A DNA stretch of 64,000 bases from an uncultured virus (IMG/VR IMGVR_UViG_3300036766_000780) (IMGVR_UViG_3300036766_000780), one strand, 5' to 3'; shown: positions 1-10,265, counted from the stretch's first letter. Numbers and translations: made by a program. Notes: generated by a model not told the origin, from the sequence alone.

Positions 1-37
1 AATTCTTGTAAATTCATATTTGCTCCTCGTTTAAATC

Positions 38-65
38 AGTATATCATATCCAGAAATAATGTCAA
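38..65 (-). promoter_or_regulatory. sigma70-like promoter for a gene leaving the window leftwards
   Basis: TTGACA-16-TATACT on - strand, followed by GAGGAG RBS and ATG near position 18. Confidence 0.6.
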
Positions 66-110
66 CTTCAACAAAATGTGTTTAATAATGGTATCGCAAC
101 ACGTTTTAAT

Positions 111-173
111 AAGTCCATATTTGGCACTTTAACGTATAAAAAGTCCATATTTGGCACTTTAACGTATAAAAAG
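111..173. repeat. 30-bp tandem direct repeat x2
   Basis: AAGTCCATATTTGGCACTTTAACGTATAAA at 111-140 and 141-170. Confidence 0.95.
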
Positions 174-278
174 ACCTTATTCTTCAATGTGAACCTAGAA
201 GTAACTTGGCACGTTACCTATGCTTATTATGTAGTTGAGTTGACGATAATGTCAATTCAGATGCTTAATGAATTCATG

Positions 279-713
279 TTAAATATGTGACGCAAGTTCT
301 TGATAATAGTAGCCTTTGTTATAAATGTAACAGCCAGATGACCCAAACGTAGTTGGATACATTATACTTAAAGGGCATCCATTCATGCTTTTACCTGTAT
401 TATGTCCAAGTCCTAACACACAGTGACCAAGTTCGTGCATTATTAGTATCTCTTTTTGATCATCGCTAGCCATAGACCAGTAAACAGGATCTATTTGAAT
501 TACTCTAACGCCGTTCCCATAAGTTAAGCATTGACCTATTGTAGGTAATGGTAATACTTCAAATTCAGCACCGATATTAACTGGGTTTACTCCTATATAA
601 TTATGAAATCTATTAAAATATTCATCAAACTCTGGATCAACAGAAATTGAATGTTGTTCCATGTAAGTTTGTTTACCACATGCGACTAACAATAATAGTA
701 TTATAAATCTCAT
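279..713 (-). CDS. matrixin-like zinc metallopeptidase lipoprotein
   Basis: LLVAC lipobox; HELGHCVLGLGH zincin motif; SIMYP Met-turn. Confidence 0.8.
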   Translation of the reverse strand: MRFIILLLLVACGKQTYMEQHSISVDPEFDEYFNRFHNYIGVNPVNIGAEFEVLPLPTIGQCLTYGNGVRVIQIDPVYWSMASDDQKEILIMHELGHCVLGLGHNTGKSMNGCPLSIMYPTTFGSSGCYIYNKGYYYQELASHI

Positions 714-718
714 AATTT

Positions 719-746
719 ATTATACCATATTTAGACAAATTATCAA
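719..746 (-). promoter_or_regulatory. sigma70-like promoter with extended -10
   Basis: TTGATA-16-(TGG)TATAAT directly upstream of ORF 279..713. Confidence 0.6.
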
Positions 747-775
747 CTTTTATGGTAATATGATGTATGGCGAAA

Positions 776-788
776 AATCAATCACTTA
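776..788 (+). promoter_or_regulatory. IHF-like binding site
   Basis: AATCAATCACTTA matches WATCAANNNNTTR; intergenic. Confidence 0.45.
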
Positions 789-938
789 CATTATTAGGAT
801 ATGTCAATTTTTTAGTCATTAGATGGATAAAAATACAATATATGAATAAGATTACAGAAGCTCACATATTAACCTTACCACACTGGGACATAGCTCAATC
901 AATGTATAAGGGTCTTGTCTTATATATAAAGGAATCGT

Positions 939-1493
939 ATGCTTAATAAAATTGTAGAACTGCTAATCGCTTTTATGCCCCTAATCCTATCCTTTGTCTT
1001 TATAGGTATAGCTTACGTTAAGAATAAAAACTTAATGAGAATAGACTGGGCAACTGTTAAGAAAGTAACTTTAATAGTTTTATTAGCTAAACTAGTGAAT
1101 ATAGGCATAATAGATCTACAAGTACATCTGGGGTTAGTTAGTAAGATCCAATTATTGGAAGGCACTCAGATGCCAATGCCGTTTTGGTGGTTTTTCATGG
1201 TCTTTTGGGAAGACGGGTTTTACGGCTTAGTTATCTATTATTTAATGGAAGTTGATAAAATATTGCCTAAGTTTGTTAAAAAAATCATTATATTTGGTAT
1301 TTGCTTTAACTTTATGTTAGGACATTTGTATCAAGGAGCTATAGGAATGTTGGCAATCCTGTATCCTTTTTATATTAGTTATAAATACGGTAAAAAGAAC
1401 GGATTCGGTACTGTAATGATTTGTCATATTTTGTTTGACTTAATAAGTTACATGATGTATAGTTTCTATGTGAAGGTAATTTTATGGGGATAA
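939..1493 (+). CDS. CPBP/CAAX-family intramembrane metalloprotease
   Basis: multiple TM segments; WED, FxxGHLYQG and HxxxD motifs. Confidence 0.7.
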   Translation: MLNKIVELLIAFMPLILSFVFIGIAYVKNKNLMRIDWATVKKVTLIVLLAKLVNIGIIDLQVHLGLVSKIQLLEGTQMPMPFWWFFMVFWEDGFYGLVIYYLMEVDKILPKFVKKIIIFGICFNFMLGHLYQGAIGMLAILYPFYISYKYGKKNGFGTVMICHILFDLISYMMYSFYVKVILWG

Positions 1494-1686
1494 AATAAAC
1501 AACGCATCTTGTAAATTAATAAAGGATATGTAAAATGGACAAGTTACAATTAATAAATACAATCGTTAGCGGACTATTGTCTATGCTTTTAAGTAAGACG
1601 GGCATTGTTAATATAGCATTTAAAGTCTTATTTATGGTATTATTTGTATATAATGTACTTAGATTAGCAGGAAGAGTATAAAAAGT

Positions 1687-1902
1687 ATGACTAAAAAAGA
1701 ATTTGAACAACTAGGCAAAAATATTCTTAAATGGAAACGTGAGTACTATAAACTAGGTAACCCATCTATTTCTGACGTAACTTATGATTATCAAGAATAT
1801 CTATATGCTCAAGAAGCTACTAAGAGAAAGATCGAGAAGAATGAATTAGGTGAGATAATTGATGGGAAGTTTTATATTAACGTTGGATATGTAGGAGAAT
1901 AA
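1687..1902 (+). CDS. stand-alone NAD-dependent DNA ligase Ia-like (Nlig-Ia) domain protein
   Basis: EYYKLGNPSISDVTYD resembles the LigA YY..D.P.I.D.EYD motif; only 71 aa. Confidence 0.65.
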   Translation: MTKKEFEQLGKNILKWKREYYKLGNPSISDVTYDYQEYLYAQEATKRKIEKNELGEIIDGKFYINVGYVGE

Positions 1903-2127
1903 AATGAATACGCCAACCCTAGACCCATACAAGTTTGACTATGATGATGTTATCGAATGGGTTGTTGACTCACTACAAAGAAAGTGTCTATCAACCAAAT
2001 TCCTATATAGGGTGTATAGAAATGGGGAGTATAAGACATGGACACAGGTTTTAAGCTATGAAATGGTTAAAGTTGATTTATTTACAATGAGGTACAAGTG
2101 CTAAAACAAAACAAAGATTCTCACGAC

Positions 2128-2736
2128 CAATTCAAAACACAACAAGAAATTTGGGAATTTTTATCTGCTAATGAAAATAATAAAATTATTCAAAATTGTG
2201 ATTTTAGGGATACAAAATGAAACTCGAACCAATTGTAAAAAATTCAGATGGCACAATTCACCACATGACTCATTATGAGGCATTAGAATATTGTGCGAAA
2301 AACAATTGTCGATTGCCTACTCTTGATGAATTAATTGGATTTTACAGTGGTAAGAATTATGTAAAAACTAAAGATGACATAAATTGGTTTTGGTCGTCGT
2401 CAGTCTATCCTTATGATCCTGACTACGCCTACGTCTTCAAGGGCTACGGTGGCGGCATCGATCCCAACAATCGCACTTACAAAAGTGCGGTCAGGGTGGT
2501 TAAATTATGAGCAACCACGAAGATAATTACCCAAAAAGATACACTGACCGAAATTCTGATACTTTTAAATCTTTAAAGAATTTGGTAGATGGAAAAATGA
2601 ATAAAGCTATGGGAGTAATTAAAATCATACCCGAACAAGAAGATTTCAAGAACAGGAAGATGGCGGCTGTTCAATTCAAAACACAACAAGAAATTTGGGA
2701 ATTTTTATCTGCTAATGAAAATAATAAAATTATTCA
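2128..2736 (+). repeat. 65-bp direct repeat (2128-2192 and 2672-2736)
   Basis: CAATTCAAAACACAACAAGAAATTTGGG...AAAATTATTCA identical at both sites. Confidence 0.95.
2217..2510 (+). CDS. DUF1566/C-type-lectin-like protein with DGR-target-like C-terminus
   Basis: EALEYC..RLPTLDEL..WFWSSS..AYVF..G....SAVRVV; GC-rich 3' end. Confidence 0.75.
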   Translation: MKLEPIVKNSDGTIHHMTHYEALEYCAKNNCRLPTLDELIGFYSGKNYVKTKDDINWFWSSSVYPYDPDYAYVFKGYGGGIDPNNRTYKSAVRVVKL

Positions 2737-3493
2737 TAAAATTTCAGAGAGAATTTATGGCTTTAAAAATGGGGAAATGTGGGACTATTTCAATGAAAAA
2801 CATACTGACCATCATTTTAGATTACCTTATGATTGGGAGATTTATTTAGCATGAAAAAACAAAAGAATGGTTTTGAGAAAGCAGACACATTGACTGAGTT
2901 TGTCGATAAAAAAAGTATATGTGGAATTATTAGAAAAAAAATTCATCACTTGCGGAGAAATATTGACCTGGAAAAAGAAAACAAACAATTAAAAGAAGCA
3001 CTCAGATTCTATGCGGATAAAAAAAATTGGTATGACAGAATTGAGTACAGAGGCGACGATAGAAATTCAATTTGGAAGGATTCCGAAAACGTAGAGGAAT
3101 TGATTGCGCATGTTATTTTTGGTGGAAAACTCGCTAGATCAGTTTTGGGGAAATTAGAGAAGAAAGAATGAAAACAATTAAATCAATTAAATCAATTAAA
3201 TCAATAACCTCTGCTGCTATTTTAGAGCTAACGCTTGCTCAATTAAACTTTATAGATGGCTTATATTGGAATGATGAAAAATTATCTATACAAGAAAAGA
3301 TTGAAAATTTTATGGTTGGATGTGTTGTAAGTTTTAATGACCCAGAAGAAGTATTAAAATCCGTTAAAATAGTAGATCTAGCAGATCTAGATGATGTGGA
3401 TGATCTTTTAGAAACGGCAAAATCTTTAGAGTTATATTTCGGACCTAGAATAGAAGTATTGGAATATTTTAAAAGAGAATTGGAGAATAAGAA

Positions 3494-3874
3494 ATGAAAT
3501 TTGACGATAAAATTAAAGAAATAAAAAAAGCTCTTCTAGAAAATAAATTCGTTATTTCCCTAAGAAACTCTGGGAAAACATCTGCTTTGGCTGAAATTTT
3601 AATAGAAAATAGACGTGCTATCGTGATCACTCCTAACTATAGACAAAAACAACGACTTATCGAATTGTTACGCTCTAAATATAATGTTATGAGCAAACAA
3701 ATCGAAAGGAGAATAGTTCCGAGTTACATAGCGAACGATAGAAACAGATTTATTGGGTTGGAAAGAGATATTTTAGATAATATATACGTAGATGAATATT
3801 TTATAAGTTCTTATAGGGGTCCGTATAAAAGTGCAGTTAGTTCACTTCCATATAATACAAAAGAGATTAAATAA
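3494..3874 (+). CDS. small P-loop-like protein
   Basis: RNSGKT Walker A-like and YVDE Walker B-like motifs. Confidence 0.45.
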   Translation: MKFDDKIKEIKKALLENKFVISLRNSGKTSALAEILIENRRAIVITPNYRQKQRLIELLRSKYNVMSKQIERRIVPSYIANDRNRFIGLERDILDNIYVDEYFISSYRGPYKSAVSSLPYNTKEIK

Positions 3875-3875
3875 C

Positions 3876-4301
3876 ATGAAAATTAAAGTACTTATACTAG
3901 ATGACAACTATGTAGATAGAAATAACTCTATTATGCCAACTAACGCAGATATATTATTTTTTGAAGATATTACTCTAACTACTGATTTTAGTAAACCAAT
4001 AGGTAACGCTAAGTTATCTAGAGAAGGTAATGAGTTTTATATACAAAAAATTCAATTAATTGATGAGTTTAAAGAACAGATGCTTCTCTTAGTTCCTGCC
4101 GTAGGCGGTTCTTTATTAGAAAGAAAGGGCAACGTGTATACAAAATTTAAGATAAATATCGTAAATTTACAGATTAATCCAAATGCTGATGATAGAATCC
4201 TATCAATAGGAGAACAATTGAATTTACAGAAAAAGAAGGGCTTGACAGATAATGAGGAATATGATAAACTACCTACAGACAAAGAAGATATAGAGGAATA
4301 A
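3876..4301 (+). CDS. hypothetical protein, possible degenerate prohead-protease fold
   Basis: PIG, AVGG and NL..NPNAD segments loosely resemble HK97-type proteases; start moved to the ATG after the previous stop. Confidence 0.3.
   Translation: MKIKVLILDDNYVDRNNSIMPTNADILFFEDITLTTDFSKPIGNAKLSREGNEFYIQKIQLIDEFKEQMLLLVPAVGGSLLERKGNVYTKFKINIVNLQINPNADDRILSIGEQLNLQKKKGLTDNEEYDKLPTDKEDIEE
4242..4270 (+). promoter_or_regulatory. sigma70-like promoter
   Basis: TTGACA-17-TAAACT upstream of ORF 4323. Confidence 0.55.
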
Positions 4302-4322
4302 CATGGAAACAAGGGGGATAAA

Positions 4323-4823
4323 ATGAAACCATTGCTAAAAATTGACTATCAAAGAATCGGCGAGAAGAGTTTACTAACCAAACCTGTTTATATTGATGAG
4401 AAGGTTAGAGAATATTTAAAAAGTAGAGAGCGGAGATTATGTTTACATGAAGATATAAAAATAGGGCAAGGACACTCTGATATTGTTTTAAGTATAGGTT
4501 ATCGTAGGATTTATGCTGGTGCTGAAAATGCCGAAACTTTTGATAATGTAAAAGAAAGAGAAGATTTTATTCTCGGTCTTGATTATGTTAATTCTGAGTT
4601 TATTAGCTTGCCAGAAGAAGAAGGTAGGGAGATATATTCTAAATGGTTTCCTCTGTTAACACAAGAAGATGTAGAAGCAGCAAAAACATCAGCAGTGGCG
4701 GCCATTAATGGCAGCGAAAAAGGCACAGCAGAAGAACATAGTGCCCCCTATAGGGCAAGATCTCAGTCGGATATAATGCGTTATTTAATCAACCAGATAG
4801 GACCTAAGAACGATGAACTTTAA
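4323..4823 (+). CDS. hypothetical protein
   Basis: ORF with RBS in operon context. Confidence 0.7.
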   Translation: MKPLLKIDYQRIGEKSLLTKPVYIDEKVREYLKSRERRLCLHEDIKIGQGHSDIVLSIGYRRIYAGAENAETFDNVKEREDFILGLDYVNSEFISLPEEEGREIYSKWFPLLTQEDVEAAKTSAVAAINGSEKGTAEEHSAPYRARSQSDIMRYLINQIGPKNDEL

Positions 4824-5269
4824 AAAAATACTACAGCTCATGCTGGATACCAGTAATACTAGAGACTATGAGACTATAGAAAATGCCTTTTTCCTTGGTG
4901 CAAGTGCTATGATGATTGAGATGAAGAAGGCTTATGAAACTGGTAACATGGAAATATTAGAAGAGATTGAAGAGTCACTTCAAGAAAGGCTTGTTGATTT
5001 AAACAATAAACCCAAGATAAACGTACATTAATAGAACTAGTATGAAAGTAAAAGAATTGATTGAAAAATTACAAAATTTACCACAAGATCATGAGGTTTA
5101 TCTTAGGAGATCAATAATGAAAAATGAAGATCTTGATAATAACCTTGATGTTAAGGTCAATAGGGTGTTTGTAGGAAACGCCTTAATTAAATATTTAGAT
5201 AGTCAAGATGGACTCGATATGGCTGAATATGTAAGAGCTGTTTTGGTGGAATAAACAGATTAATCCACA

Positions 5270-5425
5270 TGATTTGTGCCAGAAACAATCTAAAAAAGAC
5301 AGTTACTGGCACAAATCACGTTTATAGCTCTAAAAAGAACTATTACTGGCACAAATCACGTTTATAGCTCTAAAAAGAACTATTACTGGCACAAATCACG
5401 TTTATAGCTCTAAAAAGGACAGTTA
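5270..5425. repeat. 40-bp tandem repeat x3 plus one inverted partial copy
   Basis: TTACTGGCACAAATCACGTTTATAGCTCTAAAAAG at 5303, 5343 and 5383; TGATTTGTGCCAG (5270-5282) is the reverse complement of the core. Confidence 0.95.
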
Positions 5426-5447
5426 TCAGAACTTACAGTACTGAAAC

Positions 5448-5476
5448 TTGACATAATATAAACTATGTGTTATACT
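5448..5476 (+). promoter_or_regulatory. sigma70 promoter
   Basis: TTGACA-17-TATACT; GAGG RBS then ATG at 5494. Confidence 0.8.
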
Positions 5477-5493
5477 AACTTTAGAGGTATAAA

Positions 5494-6195
5494 ATGCAAA
5501 TTAACAAAGAAATACTTAAGAATTTTAATCCATGTCTTGATCGTTACAAAAATTATCTTGAAAATTATCCTAATTTCGACGGATCATTTGATGAATTTCT
5601 TGATTTAAATAATATTACATATAATGATAAAATATGGGTTGCTCAAAGAGTCTTGAATAAAAATCAATTAATTCGTTTTGCACTTCTTTGTGCCGAAAGC
5701 GTTTTACATATCTTTGAGGAAAAATACCCAGAAGATAAAAGACCAAGAGATTGTATTGAATATTTGATGAAGATTGATGATTTTTCAAATTTAACAGATG
5801 AACAAAAAGAAGAGATTTTAAAACATAAAAATGCTGCTTCTTCTGCTTCTTCTGCTGCTTATGCTGCTGCTTATGCTGCTTCTTCTGCTGCTGCTTATGC
5901 TGCTACTTATGCTGCTGCTGATGCTGCTGATGCTGCTGCTTATGCTGCTGCTTATGCTGCTGCTGCTGCTGATGCTGCTGATGCTGCTGCTTATGCTGCT
6001 GCTTATGCTGCTGCTTATGCTGCTGCTGATGCTGATGCTGATGCTGATGCTGCTTCTGCTGCTGATGCTTATGATGCTTATGCTGCTGATGCTGCTGCTT
6101 ATGCTGCTGATGCTGCTGCTTATGCTGCTGCTGCTGCTAGATTAGATCAACAGAATCTTAATATTCAGTTTCTCAAAATGGCAGCTAGTTTGTAA
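5494..6195 (+). CDS. Imm5-like domain protein with Ala-rich tract (copy 1)
   Basis: FALLCAESVLHIFE...DKRPR motif; paralog of 16608..17249. Confidence 0.75.
   Translation: MQINKEILKNFNPCLDRYKNYLENYPNFDGSFDEFLDLNNITYNDKIWVAQRVLNKNQLIRFALLCAESVLHIFEEKYPEDKRPRDCIEYLMKIDDFSNLTDEQKEEILKHKNAASSASSAAYAAAYAASSAAAYAATYAAADAADAAAYAAAYAAAAADAADAAAYAAAYAAAYAAADADADADAASAADAYDAYAADAAAYAADAAAYAAAAARLDQQNLNIQFLKMAASL
5833..6138 (+). repeat. low-complexity (G/T/A)(C/A)T triplet tract, 102 codons
   Basis: only GCT/TCT/ACT/GAT/TAT codons. Confidence 0.95.
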
Positions 6196-6841
6196 TAAAA
6201 GAGGTATAAAATGACTAAAAAGAAACTTTTTGACGTTAAAACTGAAAAATTTGGTAATTTCGACACTGTTTTTGTCTTAGAATTCAACAAGTTAGGACCT
6301 CAAAAGTTTGCATACGAGATTCTTACTGATAAGAAGGGTGAGGTTGTAGGATTTAAAGGTTATATCAAGAAAGAAACAGCTAAGAAGTTGGCTAGCAAGA
6401 TTCTTAGAGAGAGTAAATAATGAAGACTAGAAAGCCAATTCAAAAGGGTATTAAATTTAAAAATACTAAGGTTAAAGGTTCTCAAAAGCATGGATCGAAA
6501 AAACATAGAATTTTTAAATTTAAAGGTGACGAATCCTACTATGTTCAAGAAAGACTCTTAATAGACTCAAGAGTTTATTATAGATACCTAAGAACAAGAT
6601 TCCTATATTGATGATAGTATTAAGATCAATTAATACTACGCCTATGGAGAAATTTCAATGAAAACCTACCTAACTCTAGGAATATTATTCTGGTTTCCAC
6701 TCACTTTTTGCAGATCCCACCTTTATAAGGATAAAAACTTTTTCGTCATACTAACTGACATCGCTCTCGGTGTGCTATCTTACCCATTAATTATATTGTA
6801 TCTGTTGGTCTCTGTAATTAAGGGTTTAAGAAAGGGAAAAA

Positions 6842-7363
6842 ATGAACATAAAGATACTTAAACCCTTGCCGGAACATCTAATAACAGGAACATTTCCTTT
6901 TGGTTCTAGAGTCTACGGCAATCACATTGATGAGTCTGACTTTGACTTCCTTAAGATAGTCAATTTTGACACTGGTGATGTTGTTCTTCAGTATAAAGAC
7001 GGCGACATTGATTATGTTTACACTAGCCTTAAAAGCTTTTTAAGAGATCTAGAGGAAGGCGCTAGTCAGGTTAATTTTGAAGTACTACATACAGAAGAAT
7101 TTCAGTCTCATTTTAAGATTGACCCTATAGTATTTTATACAGAAACAAATGCCAAAGCTTTTGTAGGTTTTGCTAGAAGAGATTTGGAATATCCTCAAAG
7201 AGTTTTTCATATAAATCGCTGTATTTACATAGCCGAAAATATAATGAAAAAAGAGTTGATAAAGCTCGAAGATATTGGTAAGATAGTTATAGAGAACGAT
7301 ATGGAAAAATTGACAAATAGAGTTACAGAGCTTAGGAATATGTTGAGGCATGGAGGTAGATAG
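6842..7363 (+). CDS. pol-beta superfamily nucleotidyltransferase
   Basis: FGSRVYG...ESDFDF (GS...DxD) motif. Confidence 0.7.
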   Translation: MNIKILKPLPEHLITGTFPFGSRVYGNHIDESDFDFLKIVNFDTGDVVLQYKDGDIDYVYTSLKSFLRDLEEGASQVNFEVLHTEEFQSHFKIDPIVFYTETNAKAFVGFARRDLEYPQRVFHINRCIYIAENIMKKELIKLEDIGKIVIENDMEKLTNRVTELRNMLRHGGR

Positions 7364-8076
7364 TGAATTTTGAAAACATGACAGATGAAGAAATAGAACA
7401 AATGTGCGAAATTGCCGCTAAAAATGCTTTAAATTTTGGCGCACCAGAAGATTTAGCTATTCCTGGATACGGATGGATTATAAGAAAGGGTGAAGTTACA
7501 GAAGCTGGCAAGATATGGTTTGAAGATAATAAAGAATATTTTGAATCAAAATCCACTAAAGATGTAAAGAAAAAAGATGAAAAAAAGAAAGACTAAACGA
7601 TTAGATTCAATATCTATAAAATGGTCAAAATTCCATGATGGGTTAGCGTATAAGGCTACTGATAATCTATATGAAGCCGGGAAAATATATGACAGATTTA
7701 TGGGAGGATACTCTAAGCCAGGTCTTTTTTCTGATTGGGGTCAAGATGTACCTAGTTTAGTCAAGGAACTTGAAAGATTAGGATATGATATAACAACGCT
7801 TAGGTTCTCAGTAAAGAAGAAGAATAAATGAATAATCAATCTCATAAAGCTGCATTATATCTTGTTAGAGTTAATCCTAAAAGATATAAATTTATATCAG
7901 AAGATGACTGGGTTCATTTAATAGATATTTATTCAGAAAAAAGACATCATACAAGAAGGGCATTTGAATATTGCGAAGTCTCTTATTATAAACAGATACC
8001 ATTATATTCATATTATTGTCCCGTTTGGCTATTATAATATATAAAAATGAATAATTCATCATTACAATGAGGTTTT

Positions 8077-8538
8077 ATGATTAGTAATAAATTTCTTTAT
8101 GGAACACATGTAATAGATACAAGAGATAATATGACAGGAATAATCGTACCATCTAATTGGGTATGGGGTGAGAACTGTAGCACAGCAGAAGAATTTGATT
8201 ATAGCCTTCAAACTTCAGATCTAACTGTTTATTATTATAATGAAAGAGACAAAACAGTTTATGCAATTCTCGAAAAATATGTTGCCGCCGATCCGATTTT
8301 TTCTTCCAGGTTAAAATATTCAACATATTTTTTTACTAATATTAATGATGAATTTAGAAATCATTCAAATTATGATCTCTTTCCTGATATGAGATACATG
8401 GCATATAGCTATGGGAGATTAAATAAAGAATTCATTAAGAATAAACAGAGTAAATGTCCTCATTTTAATAGAAAACCAATTTTATTACTAAATTCAGTAG
8501 TCTATAACTGTGCAGACTGTGGAGAGGCTTTAGAGTGA
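8077..8538 (+). CDS. hypothetical protein with C-terminal zinc ribbon
   Basis: CPH...CADCG. Confidence 0.6.
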   Translation: MISNKFLYGTHVIDTRDNMTGIIVPSNWVWGENCSTAEEFDYSLQTSDLTVYYYNERDKTVYAILEKYVAADPIFSSRLKYSTYFFTNINDEFRNHSNYDLFPDMRYMAYSYGRLNKEFIKNKQSKCPHFNRKPILLLNSVVYNCADCGEALE

Positions 8539-9423
8539 AAATAGATGAAATGTTAGTGGCTAATCACGCTCAACATTCGTTAGAGAATGAATTAATAAAA
8601 TTCATAGGTACACCCATAAATAAAGAAGACATTGAAAAAGCCATAATAAATAATTTAAACTATCTTAAAGACAAGGGACTTATAATAGATTTAGATACTG
8701 ATTCGATCAAGATAGAGCAGCTATGGAAGTCATGGAACTGTAGACAAAAATTAAAATGGTTATTCTATAATAAGATTCCTTTAATTAAAGACATGTCTAA
8801 CGAGATAAGGAGAAATGTAGAAGATTACAATGAAGTTTTGCGTAGGATTAATCATGAAGATATTGATTTATTTAGCGAGAAAGAACTTCCTCCACATCTA
8901 ATCTCAGATCCAAAAAGTATATATATTAATGATGTGAAGATACAATTAAACCAATCTATTGAATATTTGAATATAGAAGTAGTATTGAGTGGAGATAATA
9001 TTTAATGAAAAAAAATATAGTAAGCGGCACTATTTTAGATGCTCGTAAAGTTGAAGACGTATTGCATGTTGTTTTAACTAACGGTTCTAAGACTGAAATA
9101 TCTTTAAGTAAAGAATTTATGAAATTGTTCGAGGATTTATATTTTAAAAATGGCAACGATATACACATAGAAATTTATGAAAAAAATAATAATGAGTGAA
9201 ATGAAAATTATACCATTAACTAGGAAGAGGATAACTATTGATTTAATTGTTCCAGAAGAAGTACTCTTAGCCATGTTAGATGATATATTTAATAAGGGTT
9301 TAGAAGATTATCTAATCCCTACTGCCCTTGGATACGTGAAGTTTAAATCAAGTTGTCCAGAACAAGAAAGTAAAGAGAAACCTATGTTTATTTTTGATAT
9401 TAATAGTGATATAATAAACTAGT

Positions 9424-9984
9424 ATGAGGCGTAAGATGGAAATGGAATCTGAGGATAAATACTCTGTTGGAGAGTATGTTCATGACGACCTTACTGGAAA
9501 TAGAGTAATGATTTTAAAGATAGAAGATGAAATATTGAAAACCGATACTGGAGTTTTCTTTAAGGAAAGCATAAAAGTAGATAGTGAATATTTAGATGGC
9601 AAAAGATATGTTTGGGAAATAAGTAAAATTAAGGTTGAAGTGAAAAATAAGAAGAGTGCTGATCTTAAAGACGCAGTTATAAGTGAAGAGCCTTTAGAAA
9701 AAACGAAGAAAGATCTTAAGGAAACAGCCCTAGCTCTTGATAAGAAACTTTATCCTAGAAAGAAGAATAATAAGGGAAAAATCTTTTGCCCATATTGTAT
9801 GGATTATAGAAAAGTTAAATTAAAGAATATTGAAGATGATTTTGATTTTAAGAATGAAAAGATAAAAACAACTACGAAATTAATAGAGTGTCAAAAATGT
9901 GGAGAAGTTTTTCCTACTAAAAAATATCCAGACACGGCATTAGAAAGTCTTTATAAAGAATACGAGAGACGAATAAAAAAATGA
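9424..9984 (+). CDS. protein with C-terminal MqsA/YgiT-type zinc ribbon
   Basis: FCPYC..EDDFDFKNEKI..ECQKCGEVF..LYKEYERR. Confidence 0.65.
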   Translation: MRRKMEMESEDKYSVGEYVHDDLTGNRVMILKIEDEILKTDTGVFFKESIKVDSEYLDGKRYVWEISKIKVEVKNKKSADLKDAVISEEPLEKTKKDLKETALALDKKLYPRKKNNKGKIFCPYCMDYRKVKLKNIEDDFDFKNEKIKTTTKLIECQKCGEVFPTKKYPDTALESLYKEYERRIKK

Positions 9985-10265
9985 CTAAACTATTAATTTT
10001 ATTAACATTAATCTCTTGCTCTCAAAAAGACCCTAAGTATAAAGTAGGTCAATCCGTTGTTTTTAACGATGAGATTCATTCTTACTGTATAAACAGAGGA
10101 ATTATTACAAATTACGACGAAGACGGTTACACTGTAACTACGATGCAAAGAAGTAATAACTGTCCTTCTATTTATAAAATGGCTGAAGAAGATATAATAG
10201 AGGTTATTGACGAACGAATGGTACACATAACGGCAGACCCAAGCAAATGGGTAAGGGAGAAATAA
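9981..10265 (+). CDS. small lipoprotein
   Basis: LLTLISC lipobox. Confidence 0.55.
   Translation: MTKLLILLTLISCSQKDPKYKVGQSVVFNDEIHSYCINRGIITNYDEDGYTVTTMQRSNNCPSIYKMAEEDIIEVIDERMVHITADPSKWVREK

Noticed and set aside
78..290. 70-aa ORF with repeated KSIFGTLTYK
   Set aside because: GTG start without RBS; probably a by-product of the 30-bp repeat in a regulatory region.
3175..3206. 9-bp tandem repeat (IKS x3)
   Set aside because: Short in-frame slippage at a gene start; no sign of function.
5290..5425. possible mini CRISPR array
   Set aside because: Units are contiguous 40-bp near-identical repeats with no unique spacers; no cas genes seen.
5831..6145. poly-Leu/Met ORF
   Set aside because: Alternative-frame shadow of the GCT-type triplet tract in 5494..6195; no RBS.
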